A DNA stretch of 64,000 nucleotides from Adineta vaga (Eukaryota; Animalia; Rotifera), in contig CP075493.1 of assembly GCA_021613535.1 (NCBI GenBank), positions 1,612,001 through 1,676,000 on the forward strand, in the 5' to 3' direction. Below are positions 50,230 through 61,561 of the stretch, one piece after another. Below the pieces are notes generated by a model. It did no database searches. It saw nothing but the letters and a program-made list of their open reading frames with translations, and was not told the origin of the DNA. Both the position numbers and the translations under genes were made by a program. Within the stretch, counting starts at the first letter, position 1, and every line of letters starts with the position of its first letter.

Positions 50230-50440
50230 GCTGATTTTGACTTACAAACCGTTGTTTCATCTAAAACAACAATTTTACTTTGCCGTAGAAGTGCTCGTGT
50301 CGCACATAATAATTGTTTTTGTCCTGCATTAAAATTAATCTTAAAACTAGATAAATCAAACCAATTCATTTCTTTTTAATTCAAATCATTTTCTTTATCG
50401 CTTAGTTCACTAGTTTATTAATCGTGTCCAGATTATTTAT
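50230..50440 (-). pseudogene. ABCC/MRP transporter NBD2 fragment
   Basis: NFNAGQKQLLCATRALLRQSKIVVLDETT is a degenerate ABC signature plus Walker B, followed by a GTAAG donor-like site. No other intact exons nearby. Confidence 0.75.
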
Positions 50441-50571
50441 CGATACAGAGAAAGAAAAATCCAGCATTAAGAGAGAACGATCAGAGAAACGTGTCCCTTA
50501 CTATTCGATATCTATTTTATTTCTTACGTGTATTTTCGTTTGATAGAAAGAACGAAAGAGAAAATCAACCC

Positions 50572-50579
50572 TATAAATA
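50572..50579 (+). promoter_or_regulatory. TATA box immediately upstream of the RTE insertion
   Basis: CTATAAATAG; the RTE begins 26 nt after the first T of the TATA. Confidence 0.4.
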
Positions 50580-50597
50580 GAGTGGTATTCATGAACT

Positions 50598-50671
50598 GTC
50601 CGGCAAAAACCCAACCCTTCACTTCCACGTAGTGTCGGATGGAAACGTCATCACATGACGGCTAAGATGGG
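50598..50671 (+). ncRNA. HDV-like self-cleaving ribozyme at the RTE 5' end
   Basis: P1 GUCCGGC/GUCGGAU with a G-U pair at position 1; P2 CCCUUC/GAUGGG (one mismatch); P3 ACU/AGU; L3 UCCACGU; P1.1 CC/GG; P4 CGUCAU/AUGACG; J4/2 GCUAA with catalytic C at 50662. Confidence 0.85.
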
Positions 50672-53600
50672 CTCTGGTAAGGACCTCAGGGCTAGTCACC
50701 CGAGGTTCCTATCTCACTGACACCGAAAATAACAATAGAAGAACCCATTCCGGGCAACAACTCTTCGTCTCGTCGTCAGCATGCAATGATTCCACAAGAA
50801 TCAAAGCATATGATTAGGCAGGCACCTGTCTTTGACAATGCAACGGCGATTCGAACCAAACCTATAAAACCTAAAACCTTACACAAAAATATCACAATAT
50901 CCACTTACAATGTGCGCACCCTCAAGCGCCTTGGAAAACTACATCAACTGATACATGGATGCAACGACAACAACATCGACTTAGTGGCTTTACAAGAACA
51001 TCCTTGGCAAACATTTGGGCAAGTCAACACCTACACCGAAATATTTAATGAGTCAACATGGCGTTTCGAATACTCTTCAGCAACATCAAAAGGGCGAGGT
51101 GGAGTTGGGTTACTCATGAATCCACGTTTTTCTTCATTACTCAGCTCAACTGAACAAATATCCGAGCGGATCTTAATGGCACACTTCAACGGCAATCCAG
51201 CAATAACAATCATCGTGGCTTATGAACCAACAGAAGATAAAAACGACGCAGTAAAAGACAAGTTTTACGAAGATTTACAAAAATGCACAAACGATGTCCC
51301 ATCACACAATGTGCTGATCCTTGCTGGTGATCTAAATGCCAGAATAGGATCAGACAGTTACATCACCAACCCACGATCAATCGGCAAATATACCTATCAC
51401 AGCGCAACAGACGACAACGGCAATTGATTAGTAAATTACTGCGACACATGTAATATGCGATCAACGCAAACTCGGCTCCCTCAACCCAAATCTAGATCTT
51501 GGACTTGGCAGCACCCAAATGGTAAATCTCATGCTCAATTGGACCATATACTCATCAATGGAAAATGGCTAAACTCAATTCGAAATGTCACAGCGTATAA
51601 CTCAGTCGAATTAAATTCTGACCATCGAATTGTGAGCGCAAATTTTTCAATCAGCTTGCGTGTACCCAAAAACAACAAATGTAAGCGTACCATATATGAT
51701 TGGAACAAACTTAAAAATAGCTGTAGCTTACAATCTCAATTTAACATACAAGTGCAAAATCGATACGATATACTTTGCACTGACAATCCTGATAACAACA
51801 ACATTCAAACCAAATACAACAACTACATAAAAAGCATACAAGACACCGCCGAAAACTTAATTGGACAATCAAAACCAAAACCCAAAAAGAGCTGGGTTTC
51901 AGATGACACTATCAAAATCTTAAAACAACAAAATCAAGCGAAAACAACATACAAACAAAACCCAGAATCAAACAGAAAAAATCAGTGGTCTCAACTCAAC
52001 AAACAACTCAACGCATCTTACCAAAATGATAAAATTAAATTTCTAGAAATCAAACTGGAACAACTAAAGCAAGCAAATATATCAAATCAATCAAGAACAA
52101 CATGGGCACTCGTCGATGAAATCAGTGGCAAACGTAGATACAATAGCGCAACAAAGATCAAACGAGCAAATGGAACCCGAATCAACTCAACTGTGGAACT
52201 TATGAGAGAGTGGAAAGATTATTTTGAAGATCTACTCAATGTCAAACTAAATAATTCTCAAACTACTCAAACAATCCCACCAGCTGAAGCTGATCTACCA
52301 ATCAACATCAACAATATCACAAACAACGAAGTATCACAAGCAGTTCAACAACTGAAAAATGGAAAAGCAACTGGACTCGACTGCGTGATGACTGCAGAAG
52401 TACTTAAATGTGGTGGTACATGGATAACTAATAAACTATGTGAAATATGCAACGAAATATTTGAAAACCAACAAACACCAAGACAATTCAGCACCAACAT
52501 TATTATTCCAATACCAAAAAAAGGTGATAAGACTCTGTTGACAAACTACAGAGGTATAAGCCTTATGTCAATAGCGGCCAAGGTGTACAATAGAATTCTG
52601 TTGAACAGAATACGTGAACCATTGGATTCCAATCTTCGAACAAACCAAGCAGGATTCAGGAGAGGAAGGAACTGTATCGATCAAATACATGTTCTGAGAA
52701 GACTTCTTGAAGGCGCCATTGATAAAAAAATACCAATCTATATTACATTTATCGATTTCGAAAAAGCCTTCGACTCTATCAACAGACAAACTATGTTCGA
52801 CATACTACGACACTATGGGGTACCAACAAAAATGGTCAATGCAATTCAAGCGATCTATCACAATTCTTAAAGCGTAGTTCTTCTCGATGGCCATTTTTCA
52901 GAAGAATTTCAGGTTACAACTGGTGTTTTATAAGGTGATACATTGGCCCCTTTTCTTTTTATCATCGTCATGGACTATGTTATGAAAAATGCAAAATTAA
53001 ATCACACAAACGAGAATGGTGAACTTGGTTTCATAACCAACTTGCGACAATCAACTCGGCAACCAGCAAAAATGGTACATGATCTGGATTTTGCAGACGA
53101 TATAGCTCTAATCGAAAGCAACTTCGACAGAGCTCAATCACAACTCATCACAACAGCTGAATGGGCTAGTAAAGTAGGCCTACAAGTCAATATCAAGAAA
53201 ACTCAATTAATAACCAATCAAAACACAAACAATAGATCAATACAACTCGATGGACAAGATATTCAATCGGTCGACAACTTTAAATACCTTGGCTCAATGA
53301 TGTTATCAAGTATCACAGACATCAAGATGCGAAAGCAACTAGCTTGGAAAGCTTTTTGGAAAATGAAAAATATATGGAAACCAACAACAATCCCAATCAA
53401 ACTCAAGGTTAGTATATTTAATGCTTCATGTGTTTCAATTCTGTTATACGGATGCGAAAGCTGGATCATTACTAAAACACTCGAAAACACCTTGAACAGC
53501 TTCACCACTAGTTGCTATCGTATCATGCTCAATATCAAACGCCTTGATAGAATAACAAATATTACAATATATGAAAAGGTGAGACAAGAACCATTAATAA

Positions 53601-53886
53601 ATACAATACAACAACGACAACTACGCTACATTGGACATTGTCTCCGTTAGAATCCAACTGAATTTATCAACATGTATGCTCTGTATTCTCCAAAAAACGG
53701 TCATGGAAAACGCAAACGTGGACGGCCACGTCTTAAATATGTTGATTACGACGCAAGACTGATCAACAACGATGAACCACCGACCTCCGACGAGATCGGA
53801 AAGGTTGCTGCAAACTGGAAGCGTTGGCACGATATTTTTATCGTCTGTAAACCACGCTTGTTGGCAGTCGACTGATGATGATGATG
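50598..53886 (+). mobile_element. Full-length RTE-clade non-LTR retrotransposon (APE endonuclease + RT), inactivated by nonsense codons
   Basis: TSD ATTCATGAACT (50587-50597) and ATTCGTGAACT (53887-53897); (TGA)n 3' tail. One reading frame 50786-53875 with TYNVRTL, LQE, GDLNARIG, LDHIL, SDHRIV, NYRGISL, QAGFR, DFEKAFDS, GVL*GDTLAP, FADD, FKYLGS, RGRP. Stops at 51425, 52868, 52931, 53648. Confidence 0.93.
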
Positions 53887-53978
53887 ATTCGTGAACTAAG
53901 ATAGTCCATGTACCCGAGAGAATATTTACCGATAGTCCATCGTACATGTAAATATGTAAATATTTTCTTTTCTTTTAG

Positions 53979-55143
53979 ATGTCAGACGACAACAACAACA
54001 ACCCGCTCCATCCTCCCATGCCGGACATAGGTCTACTTGCTCCGACCTATAATCGAAGCGTCCCCCCCCTCCAATTCCCACCCGGCCATGTAAGTTATTA
54101 TTTTTAAATCAATTTTATAAATTTGTTTTTTCAATTTTCGTATCTATTTAGATCCCCCTACCTCGTAAGTGACTTATCAGACGGAATTATTAAACATATA
54201 TTCATTTTTTACTTTAACTCTCCAACAACAACAACCCCAACCACAACCCCAGCAATAACAACCTCAACCCCCTCCCATCGTCTTTCACGTAAGTTTCATA
54301 TATTATTAAATCGAATTCGTCTCTTGGGTCATCTGTGAGATAAATAATGAAAAGAGAAAAAAAGAGAAAGCATGTCATATCCAGGGATAGAGACAGACAG
54401 ACAGAATAGAAAGAATTCGCTATTCTCTTATCTATCGATAGAGATGACTCGATCGATATCGATAGAAATTTCATAAAAAAGAAAAATGTTTTTCGATAAC
54501 AAGTCTTTCCTCTCCTCCTCTCTCCTCCTCTCTTCACCTCTCCTCCTCTCTCCTCCTCTCTTCACCTCTCCTCCTCTCTCCTCCTCTCTTCACCTCTCCT
54601 CCTCTCTTCACCTCTCCTCCTCTCTTCACCTCTCCTCCTCTCTTCACCTCTCCTCCATGTCTCTCCATTCTCTCTTCCTCGGTAGTTTTTTGTCTTTTCC
54701 TTCACTTTTGAGATTGATCACCTTGACAACGGGCATGTTGAGAAGGATATAAAAGAACAGCATTCGATAGATACAGCAGTTTTCTCATTTTGTTTTCGTC
54801 AAACAGAAAATTAATTTAGAAATGTCTAAAAAGTCGTATGAGTCATTATACAAGACGATTGACGTGAGTAGTAAATGAAAAGAGTATTGACGATAATAGG
54901 AAGAGTTCCAACCTAACATCGGCAGTGACTTTTGAGAATGATTTTGTTTTAATGTTTTCTGTTCATTTTAAAAATAATCTTTTTTTTCTGTTTTAGAATC
55001 CCAACAACGATCCATTTATTGTTCAGTTGAACACGATTCTCGTTCATCTTCAACATCAACAACAACAACAACAACAACAGCTGAACGAAATCATCGCTCG
55101 GCTGCAGCCACCACCATCACCACCACCACCACCTCAACACTGA
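53979..55143 (+). other. Possible small multi-exon P/Q/T-rich gene or exon remnants
   Basis: Several GC-richer, low-complexity blocks bounded by polypyrimidine-AG and GTAAG sites (about 53979-54089, 54152-54164, 54998-55143). The reading frame is ambiguous. Confidence 0.3.
54505..54680. repeat. Polypyrimidine minisatellite (about 18-nt unit CCTCTCCTCCTCTCTTCA)
   Basis: Nearly pure C/T tandem array on the plus strand. Confidence 0.85.
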
Positions 55144-55197
55144 CAGGTTCTTTTGTTTTTTTCCCCTTCTATTTGTTTTGGTTTTCTTGTTTTTGTT

Positions 55198-55535
55198 CCC
55201 AGGTCGACAAATCCGATATTGGATCCGATAGGACCCTATAGGATCCAACGTTCCTACGAAATCCTATCGGATTCCTGGTGACGGATCTATATTGGATTCC
55301 GTCAGTAAAATTTCCGTCGGAGGCTGCATATTTTATTACGGTCTTATGGCCACCTGTCGGATCCGTCGAAATCCGTTTTTTGGAAACTATAGGATCCTAT
55401 GTTGAATCCGCTACCGACAGAATCCGAAGTGGTTCCGTCACCAGGAATCCGATAGGATATTGTCGGATCATCGGATTCCGATAGAATCCGGCATGGGATC
55501 CGATCGGATCCGAGTCTCGGATTGGTCGACCTGGG
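55198..55535. mobile_element. Non-autonomous TIR element (MITE) with CCCAG termini
   Basis: TIRs CCCAGGTCGACAAATCCGA and TCGGATTGGTCGACCTGGG (one mismatch). TTGTT on both flanks. Interior packed with GGATCC/ATCCGAT/ATCGGAT short repeats. Confidence 0.85.
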
Positions 55536-55729
55536 TTGTTTTTTTTTTGTTGAAAGAAAAGAATAAGTTGTGAAAAAAAACTATTTCTTGTTTTAAGCTT
55601 TAAAAAGATGCAGAAGGAAACATGTTCCATACTTCCATAAGGTTTTAAATCATACAGATTTTAATCACAGAGAATTTTTCATCCATTTTGTTTCTTTCAA
55701 GAAAAATTTATTAATATTTTCATTTCTAA

Positions 55730-55992
55730 GGATTTCTTGTCCTACAGAAATCGAACCTGCTCGTCAACAATCAAAAACAAAATTCAATCAATATTTTCGC
55801 AAACGTTTTTCATTTCTTAAAAAAAAATCACCACCGCCACCACCACCACAAGAAATTGTCCAAACACATGATATTCCTGACGAACAACCAAATCCTAAAC
55901 TAACACTTGGTCAAAGATTGGATACACTTCGACGTTCATTTCGTCTTGGAAATCGACAAAAAGGTCAACGTTTTTTACTTTCAAATGAATAG
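55730..55992 (+). pseudogene. Orphan diverged copy of exon 2 of the 44736-45624 gene
   Basis: After an AG acceptor: ISCPTEIEPARQQ...FRKRFSFL...TLGQRLDTLRRSFRLGNRQKGQRFLLSNE*. No exon-1 equivalent upstream. Confidence 0.65.
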
Positions 55993-58900
55993 AAAACATT
56001 TTTAAATTGTCTTCTTCTTCGTCTTTTTGAAAAAACACAACAACAACATGTCTTTCGTTTCTTTGCATATATACACATAACAAATATATTTCTGTACTCA
56101 TATTATTCGTAACAGTTCTTCTTCTTCTTCTTTTTTTGTCAATCAATGACACGGAATGAATATTTAGTGAAATAATTCGAACAATAATAACATTTAACAT
56201 CTTTTATATGCACTAAAATTTCTTCAATAGTTTTCATCGATGGGTCAGTTATATAATACACAAGTTGAAGGATGAAGCTATAGAGAAAATGTCAATATAG
56301 AATAGTAATATCCATTCCAATACACTTGTCATCAAATCAACAGAAAGGAAGAAAAAAAAAGGTATATGTATTATTAGAAATATGTCAATCAAGACATGTT
56401 CATTTGATTAAATCTTTTGTTTCTATTCAATCATTACTCCACCCAAATTATCTTGAATAAATTAAATCAAAGTGGTCGAACATATGTCTTGATTAGAAAA
56501 TGAAATGATCTACTTATCAACAGACTATCATTGAATTAGAATGTCTGAAGATGTTACACAATTGACTAGATCTTTTTCATCGGAAAATAGAATCGATTCA
56601 CGTTTTTCTTTCTCTTGGTCTCTCGAGAGATGGAATTAAATAACGAAACAAGTTCATCATTGTTACACTTTCTTATTAGTTTAATTGATACATGTTTAAA
56701 AGAAGAAATGAATTCTATGACCGGCGTCACATGGTCAAAGGAAATGGACATTAAAAGTCTTGTCTTTATCACATTAATACCGGAATTCTGCTTACAAATT
56801 CATCACTTGTACATTACTGAAAATGATGATGTAAGGTACAAATGAAGAGATAGTAACATACATGTCATTTCTAACAAAACATAAATATTGAATTGTTTGA
56901 TTGATTGATCAAATGAATGTTCAATCTATCGTTTTCTTCTTCAAGGTTTTCTTCTTCACATTGACAATTATGATTAAGTTATGTTCAATTTTACAGATAT
57001 AGTTTCAAAATACATAGTAACATTTCTTCTCTCTTCTGAACGGAGAGAGAGAGAGAGAGAAAGGGAAAAGAGAGAAGAGAGAAAAAGAATGCAGATAAAC
57101 ATCGTCTCTGTTCTTCTCATTAGAACACTGAGAATGAAACGCGAAAAGAGGGATAGACAAAGAAACCTTTGCGATTTAATAGATATATATGTAATCATCA
57201 TTCGTAGTGATTTCTCCATCATCTGTCAATCTCTTTTATCTGATGAGAAAAGAAAGAAAAAATAACAGTATCATTCATTTTCAATCACAGACACACATCG
57301 AGTTCGAATTCTTCTTATACATTCTCCGTTGAAATAGAAATCGTAAGTTGATAGATCGATTAGTAGTTGACCTTCCATAGATCATTTTAAGTGGATAGAT
57401 GCTTGATTAATTCCAATGAACATTGTCAGATTGATAAATTCTCAGAAGAAGAAATTGATTCGATAATTATCTTCGTATTTTCTAATAGATATTGGAAAAA
57501 ACAGATCGGAATATTTCTTCTTCTCGCATTCTATGTCTTAGAAGTCTCTATAGAATCAAGCCGAGGTCGAATATTCCATTGGGTGTCACTTGTTTCATCG
57601 ATAGATTCTCGTTATCTGAAGAAAAACACACAATGAGAAGGTATCGAGAGTGTCCTTGTTATGATGAATAGGAAATAAATCTTCTATTGAAATAAGAAAG
57701 AGATTCTTGTCGTAAGACGATCACTGAACATTATTTCATCGTTCCGATCACTGAATTTCTTTCTTAAGTTAAGTGAAAACTTTCCTTTTTCTTTTCTGTT
57801 CATCTTTAATGCGAATTAAAAGTGTAAAATCTGTTGCGATGTATCAGCTGGTATATCGATAGCGTACAAAATCGGTCAGAGATCATTTCATTCTTCGATT
57901 AGCGGTAAAAGATCAAACAAGATCGGAAGAAGAATATACTTTCAAAATAAACAGACATAGTTCAAGCTGTTGATCTTCAATCGATTATTTGATCTGATTT
58001 TTAGACGAAAAGATCATTGATGTCATAAACATGCTACTATGTCTTACTTTTGGTTATTTTATTTCTTAATCAATTCATCGATTATTTCTGCTCGATATAT
58101 TCGTTTATCAACAGTAAATTGCAGTGAATTATCACCCATTGGTACATCGATTACTCAATTTTTAGATGTTTTACCTCGATCCAATTGGGAATTTACATTT
58201 TTAACACAAACATTAATTAAATCTTATTTTCTATTAGATCATCTTAAAAGTACACTTATTATACAGCGTCTTCTTGATCGTGAAAATCTTTGTCAATTAA
58301 ATTTATGTTCATGTTTAAATGAATGTCTAATTAAACTCGAAATCAATGCTATAAGTAATACATCAACACATATTTTCTCTTTACCTATTCATATTTTCGA
58401 TGAAAATGATAATTATTGTTATTTTTCAAATGAAATCTTCTATTTAAATCTCAATGAAAATATTCGTGTTAATACACGAATTATTCTACCAATTGCTTAT
58501 GATCCAGATTTACCACCAAATAATATTCAATCGTATGATTTCCTACAAAATAATTACACAGAATTTCATTTAATTAATCATTTAACACCAACAATGATTA
58601 TTCGGAAACAATTAGATCGAGAAACTCTCGAGAAATATCAATTGATTCTTTGTGCTTACGAAGGAATTCATCAACAACAACAACAACGTTCATGTTGTAC
58701 AAAAATCATTATCAATATCATTGATATCAATGATAATTCACCAAAATTCGAACATAATCAACAATTTCCATTGCTAATTAATGTTTCAGAATCTACTCCG
58801 ATTCGTACCGAACTTATTCAAATGAAAGCATCAGATTCAGATGAAGGTCTTAACGGACAAATAAGGTACAGGTTTTCAAAATGGGATCAAGCAACCAATG

Positions 58901-59630
58901 AAATATTTGAAATCAATTCAGAAAATGGTTCGATTATACTTATAAAACAATTAGATTATGAAAAAAGAACAAAGTATCAATTACATATACAAGCTAAAGA
59001 CATGGGAATCAATACTTTACCAACGTATGCAACAGTAATTATTCAAGTAAGTTCACAGTTCATTTTCAAAATGTTAAAATCGATTAATTATTTTAGGTTA
59101 TTGATGAGAATGTTTGTATTCCTGAAGTATTCATATTTTCACCACCGGATATTCAATTAGTTAATTCGTCATCGATATATATCTTTGAAAATATTTCTCT
59201 GAATACGTCAATACTTTATGTTACGGTTTCTGATGGCGATTCGGGTGAGAATGGTCGTATTACTGTTGGTTTTATTTCTACGTATTCATTTCTTTATTTA
59301 CAAAAAATCAATAATAATACTTATATGTTTTCAACAAAGAGTCTTTTCGATCGAGAAGAAAAATCATTCTATTCATTTTCAATTATTACTTATGATCATG
59401 GTCAACCAAGTCATTCAATTATAAATACTTTTAATTTATATTTGCTGGATATTAATGATTGTTATCCATATTTTGATTTATTAACAAATTATTCGTTTAC
59501 TATCGATGAGAATAATGAAGCAAATGTCATTCTTCATACTATTCAAACATTTGATTCAGATGAAAATGATCAAATAATTTTAAAACTTGAAAATGAAGAT
59601 AATAATCTGTTTGATATCAATGATCAAAAC
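55730..59630 (+). repeat. Direct segmental duplication, copy 2
   Basis: Aligns to 45360-49260 at an offset of about 10.36 kb. Confidence 0.92.
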
Positions 59631-60635
59631 CAATTGGTTATAAAAAAAAGACTCGATTATGAAATTCAATCATCCTATCATTTCAATCTTACTGCTGAAG
59701 ATCTCATTGGACATCGAACAACGATTCCTATTCATATTTATCTCAATGATATCAATGATAATCCTGTTAGATTCTTAACAAATTTCACTCAAATTACAAT
59801 TCATCCAAATCCATCTCCGGAAACTTTTCTCGGTCATGTTCACGTCGAAGATAAAGATTCAAATGCTCAAATAACGTATCATCTTCAACCAAATTCCATT
59901 GAAAATTTCATTGAATTGAAATCCAATGGTAGTTTTTATATCAAAAGAAAGTTCTCTCAAAAAGAACTTCGTCAATTCGATATTCTTGCGAACGATTCTT
60001 TCCATACAGATCTTATTCATATTGAAATTCTTATTGATGATCGACCAATATTAAAAACTTCATCACCTTATTGTTTTCCATTACGAACAAATGATCAAAT
60101 TCGTATTCAATTAGAAGCATCAAGTAATGTTACATTCGCTTTACAAAATTCATCATCATCATCTGATCTATTTCTTTTTCCTACTGGACTTTTGATTGTC
60201 AAATCTTTACAGAAAAATTATTCATTGGATATTTTTCTTCAAAATGAAAATTCATCGTCAATTTTTCGAAATTTTATTCTTCTAATTCAATCTGAATGTC
60301 ATACGAATGATTCAAATCAATCTTATCTATTCATTATAATCAGTTGTTTATTATGTTTAATAATAATCATTATTACAATGATTATTTATTTATGTTTTCA
60401 ACAAAAGAAATTTTTCGAAAAGAAAAATCGAAATTTAACACCATTATCATATTCATCTTCATTGAATGATACTTTATTTTTTTCATCTTCATCACCACAA
60501 TTTACTGCAATGACAATCATTTCTTCGAATTCATCGTCAACACATCCACCAACCAATCCATCATCATCTTTGTCAAGTTCATCATCATCAACTTACATTA
60601 AAATGAGTCGATCATTTGAAGATGAAATGATTTAA
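58039..60635 (+). CDS. Protocadherin-like membrane protein (complete copy)
   Basis: Exons 58039-59046 and 59097-60635, in frame. Signal peptide; DRENLC...C EC1 motif; repeated LDRE/LDYE, DxND and AxDxD cadherin motifs; TM LFIIISCLLCLIIIIITMIIYLCF; Ser-rich tail. Confidence 0.88.
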
Positions 60636-60733
60636 TTTGTTGTTTTCATACAATACGAGATCTTTTCTTTGTTAAACTATCCAATTCTTATAGTTTGATA
60701 AAAATTTTATTCAATGTATTCGAGAAAAACAAA

Positions 60734-61561
60734 CTATTTTAATATCCATCCTTCCCATAACATTGTAAAATGATATCTTATTTTATGTGTTCGTCGTAAT
60801 GCTTGTTGAATTTGACAATAAATACAAGTAGATTGACTGACAAGTGTTGTATGTGAACCAAATTGTATAATTCGAAAATATTGTATCATATTATTAAGAA
60901 TCAATGCAGGTAGAACTTCAAATTCACATCCTTCACAATTTATTGTCAACATATCGATAATTCCGTTTTGTGTTCTTGTTTTTCGAATATGATTAATCAC
61001 TTCAATAATATCAAGTATTTGAATTTGAACATATGTCGAATTTCTTCCGGACAATTCTCGAAACATACTTGTACCAGCATTTGAAGAATCGAATAATTCA
61101 ACTGTTAAATTTCTTGCTCGATTACCAAGTCCATACGGACGAATTTCGACTGTTGGATATGCTCTGAATCCTGCTTTTAGTCTCATAGCCATGCTTCTGA
61201 TTGGTTCAAAACTAATTATCGATGAATTATACAATCTCATGAATTCCATGATATCTGTTCCGATATTTCCACCGAGTTCAACGATGAGCGAAGAAGAATT
61301 TAATAAATTTTGATGGATTGTATGACGCATTCCTTGAATAGGCCAAAAACTTTCATCCGGTTTCCATGTTAAACATTTTCGATAATCTTCAATGTTAATA
61401 TAAGAGAATGCTTTCCAAGTTTCACATGTAAAATTTTCTTTTGAATCCAAAGGAGCGTAAGTGAATTCCATAGGATATTGATTTTGAGTGATAAACAAAA
61501 ATATTAATAAACCAAGTATAATACTGATTATGAAAAGACTTGATTTATTTCGAAAAATCAT
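60734..61561 (-). CDS. FkbM-family SAM-dependent methyltransferase with an N-terminal membrane anchor
   Basis: Intronless 275 aa; IVELGGNIG motif I, SFEPI, YGLG, IDMLTINCEGCEFEVL; type II TM segment at the N-terminus. Confidence 0.82.
   Translation of the reverse strand: MIFRNKSSLFIISIILGLLIFLFITQNQYPMEFTYAPLDSKENFTCETWKAFSYINIEDYRKCLTWKPDESFWPIQGMRHTIHQNLLNSSSLIVELGGNIGTDIMEFMRLYNSSIISFEPIRSMAMRLKAGFRAYPTVEIRPYGLGNRARNLTVELFDSSNAGTSMFRELSGRNSTYVQIQILDIIEVINHIRKTRTQNGIIDMLTINCEGCEFEVLPALILNNMIQYFRIIQFGSHTTLVSQSTCIYCQIQQALRRTHKIRYHFTMLWEGWILK

Noticed and set aside
50786-53875. Stop-codon reassignment or programmed readthrough in the RTE
   Set aside because: All three stop types occur in the ORF, neighbouring genes end normally at TAA, TAG and TGA, and conserved motifs also carry missense decay.
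54486-54752. SSSLHL-repeat ORF
   Set aside because: It is the translation of the C/T minisatellite.
55278-55630. ORFs within the CCCAG element, and its short repeats as a CRISPR-like array
   Set aside because: The unit is a non-coding MITE. The repeats are irregular, lack constant-length spacers, and there are no cas genes.
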